From an uncultured Gammaproteobacteria bacterium (GTDB taxonomy: Bacteria > Pseudomonadota > Gammaproteobacteria > UBA4575): 64,000 nt of DNA. The first letter of the stretch is position 1. Each line of letters starts with the position of its first letter. Of this stretch, positions 62,813 to 64,000 are shown one piece after another. The position numbers and the translations under genes were made by a program. The stretch covers positions 460,256-524,255 of the forward strand of contig CALSUC010000002.1 in assembly GCA_943789445.1 (NCBI GenBank). Direction: 5' to 3'. The notes under the pieces are model-generated. The model was not told the DNA's origin and ran no database searches. It saw nothing but the letters and a program-made list of their open reading frames with translations.

Positions 62813-64000
62813 ATGTTAGCAAAAGAATTAGAAAAAACACTGAATAATGCGTTTAAACGAGCGCGCGAGAAACGTCATGAATTTATGACGGTAGAGCATT
62901 TGTTGCTGGCACTGCTGGATAATGATTCAGCTTTAGATGTGTTGCGTGCCTGTGGCGCTAAGATAGATGCATTAAGTCAGCAGCTCGATGTCTTTATCGA
63001 AGATAACACGCCGTTATTAGATGAAGATGAAGATCGTGATACCTCACCGACACTAGGTTTTCAACGTGTATTGCAGCGTGCAGTATTTCACGTGCAATCT
63101 GCTGGAAATAAGGAAGTGACAGGAGCGAATGTCTTGGTTGCCATATTTGGTGAGCAAGAAAGTCAGGCTGTTTTTCTATTGAGTCAGAATGATGTTGTGC
63201 GGCTAGACGTGCTGAACTACATCTCACATGGTATTTCGAACATGACTGATGATGCACAAGAAGGTGTATCACAGGACGGTGGTGAGCAACAGCAGGCCGA
63301 AGGTGAGGCTGAGTTATCACCACTAGAACAGTTTGCGACTAACCTTAATAAGCGCGCCAAAGAAGGCAAGATAGACCCTTTAATCGGGCGTCAATATGAG
63401 CTTGAAAGAGCCATACAAATTCTTTGCCGACGACGTAAGAATAACCCACTGTTAGTGGGTGAGGCCGGTGTCGGTAAGACCGCTATTGCTGAAGGCTTGG
63501 CGCGTAAGATTGTCGACAAAGAGATTCCAGAAGTGCTGCAAGACAGCACGATTTACTCACTCGATTTGGGCGCCTTGGTTGCAGGGACTAAATACCGTGG
63601 TGATTTTGAGAAGCGTTTAAAAGGTGTTTTAAAGCAGCTTGCAGATGAGCCGAGTGCAGTACTCTTTATCGATGAAATTCATACGATCATCGGTGCGGGT
63701 GCAGCATCGGGTGGTGTTATGGATGCCTCAAACCTGATTAAGCCAGCGTTGTCCTCATCTGAGTTGAAATGCATGGGTTCAACAACCTATCAAGAATATC
63801 GCGGTATCTTCGAGAAAGATAAGGCCTTAGCGCGTCGTTTCCAAAAGATTGAAGTGGCTGAGCCTAGTGTGAATGAGACCTTTAGTATCCTGAAAGGTCT
63901 GCGTAGCCAGTATGAAGAACATCACCAGGTTAAATATACCGATAAGGCGTTGAAGTCTGCGGCAGAGTTATCGGCACGTTATATCTCTGATCGTTTCTTG
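62813..64000 (+). CDS. clpA: ATP-dependent Clp protease ATP-binding subunit ClpA (3'-truncated by window edge)
   Basis: MLAKELEKTLNNAF...EHLLLALL and the GEAGVGKTAIAEGLA Walker A are near-identical to the ClpA N-domain and D1. No stop codon occurs before the window end. Confidence 0.9.
   Translation, partial: MLAKELEKTLNNAFKRAREKRHEFMTVEHLLLALLDNDSALDVLRACGAKIDALSQQLDVFIEDNTPLLDEDEDRDTSPTLGFQRVLQRAVFHVQSAGNKEVTGANVLVAIFGEQESQAVFLLSQNDVVRLDVLNYISHGISNMTDDAQEGVSQDGGEQQQAEGEAELSPLEQFATNLNKRAKEGKIDPLIGRQYELERAIQILCRRRKNNPLLVGEAGVGKTAIAEGLARKIVDKEIPEVLQDSTIYSLDLGALVAGTKYRGDFEKRLKGVLKQLADEPSAVLFIDEIHTIIGAGAASGGVMDASNLIKPALSSSELKCMGSTTYQEYRGIFEKDKALARRFQKIEVAEPSVNETFSILKGLRSQYEEHHQVKYTDKALKSAAELSARYISDRFL

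Noticed and set aside
62994-63323. 109-aa minus-strand ORF
   Set aside because: It lies antisense within the clpA coding region, whose plus-strand translation is near-identical to the ClpA N-domain.

Overview
The window is a 64-kb chromosomal segment of a gammaproteobacterium with moderate GC content. Gene content and synteny (lptG, clpS-clpA, purB, hflD-mnmA-nudJ) suggest a Moraxellaceae/Psychrobacter-like organism, but this is a low-certainty guess. It is mostly housekeeping and nitrogen/TCA metabolism.

Features:
- The dominant feature is a 12-gene urea-utilisation supraoperon on the minus strand, urtABCDE-ureDABCEFG (5337-16106). It appears to be driven by a textbook sigma-54 promoter with an NtrC-type enhancer site.
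- A MerR-N-terminal regulator of unusual architecture is divergent from urtA.
- Molybdenum-cofactor genes are scattered through the window: mobAB, moeB, moaA (with a truncated hemoglobin gene translationally coupled to it), moaB and moaE.
- TCA genes present are gltA, fumC and acnA.
- Further genes are prc, dsbB, mug, metX, purB, hflD-mnmA-nudJ, clpS-clpA (clpA 3'-truncated by the window end), and a GldA/GldF/GldG-like ABC transporter module with a DUF4340 protein.

Candidates for undescribed biology:
- The strongest candidate is a tightly coupled lipid-head-group module at 663-4848. It consists of a divergent metallophosphoesterase plus an operon of a CDP-alcohol phosphatidyltransferase fusion, a YegS/DAGK-type lipid kinase and a Tam41/MMP37-like putative CDP-DAG synthase. 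It looks like a self-contained, CdsA-independent phospholipid-headgroup pathway.
- The second candidate is a VWA / J-domain membrane protein / large NorD-CobT-like VWA / aminotransferase operon (33889-38764) with no MoxR-type ATPase partner.

Other observations:
- A decayed Tat-signal MsrB relic.
- A sub-threshold DUF2892 gene.
- A perfect 20-bp-stem hairpin in the gltA leader, together with a corrected GTG start for gltA.
- A low-GC islet between fumC and acnA carrying a frameshifted Mrr restriction gene.

No rRNA, tRNA or CRISPR features were detected.
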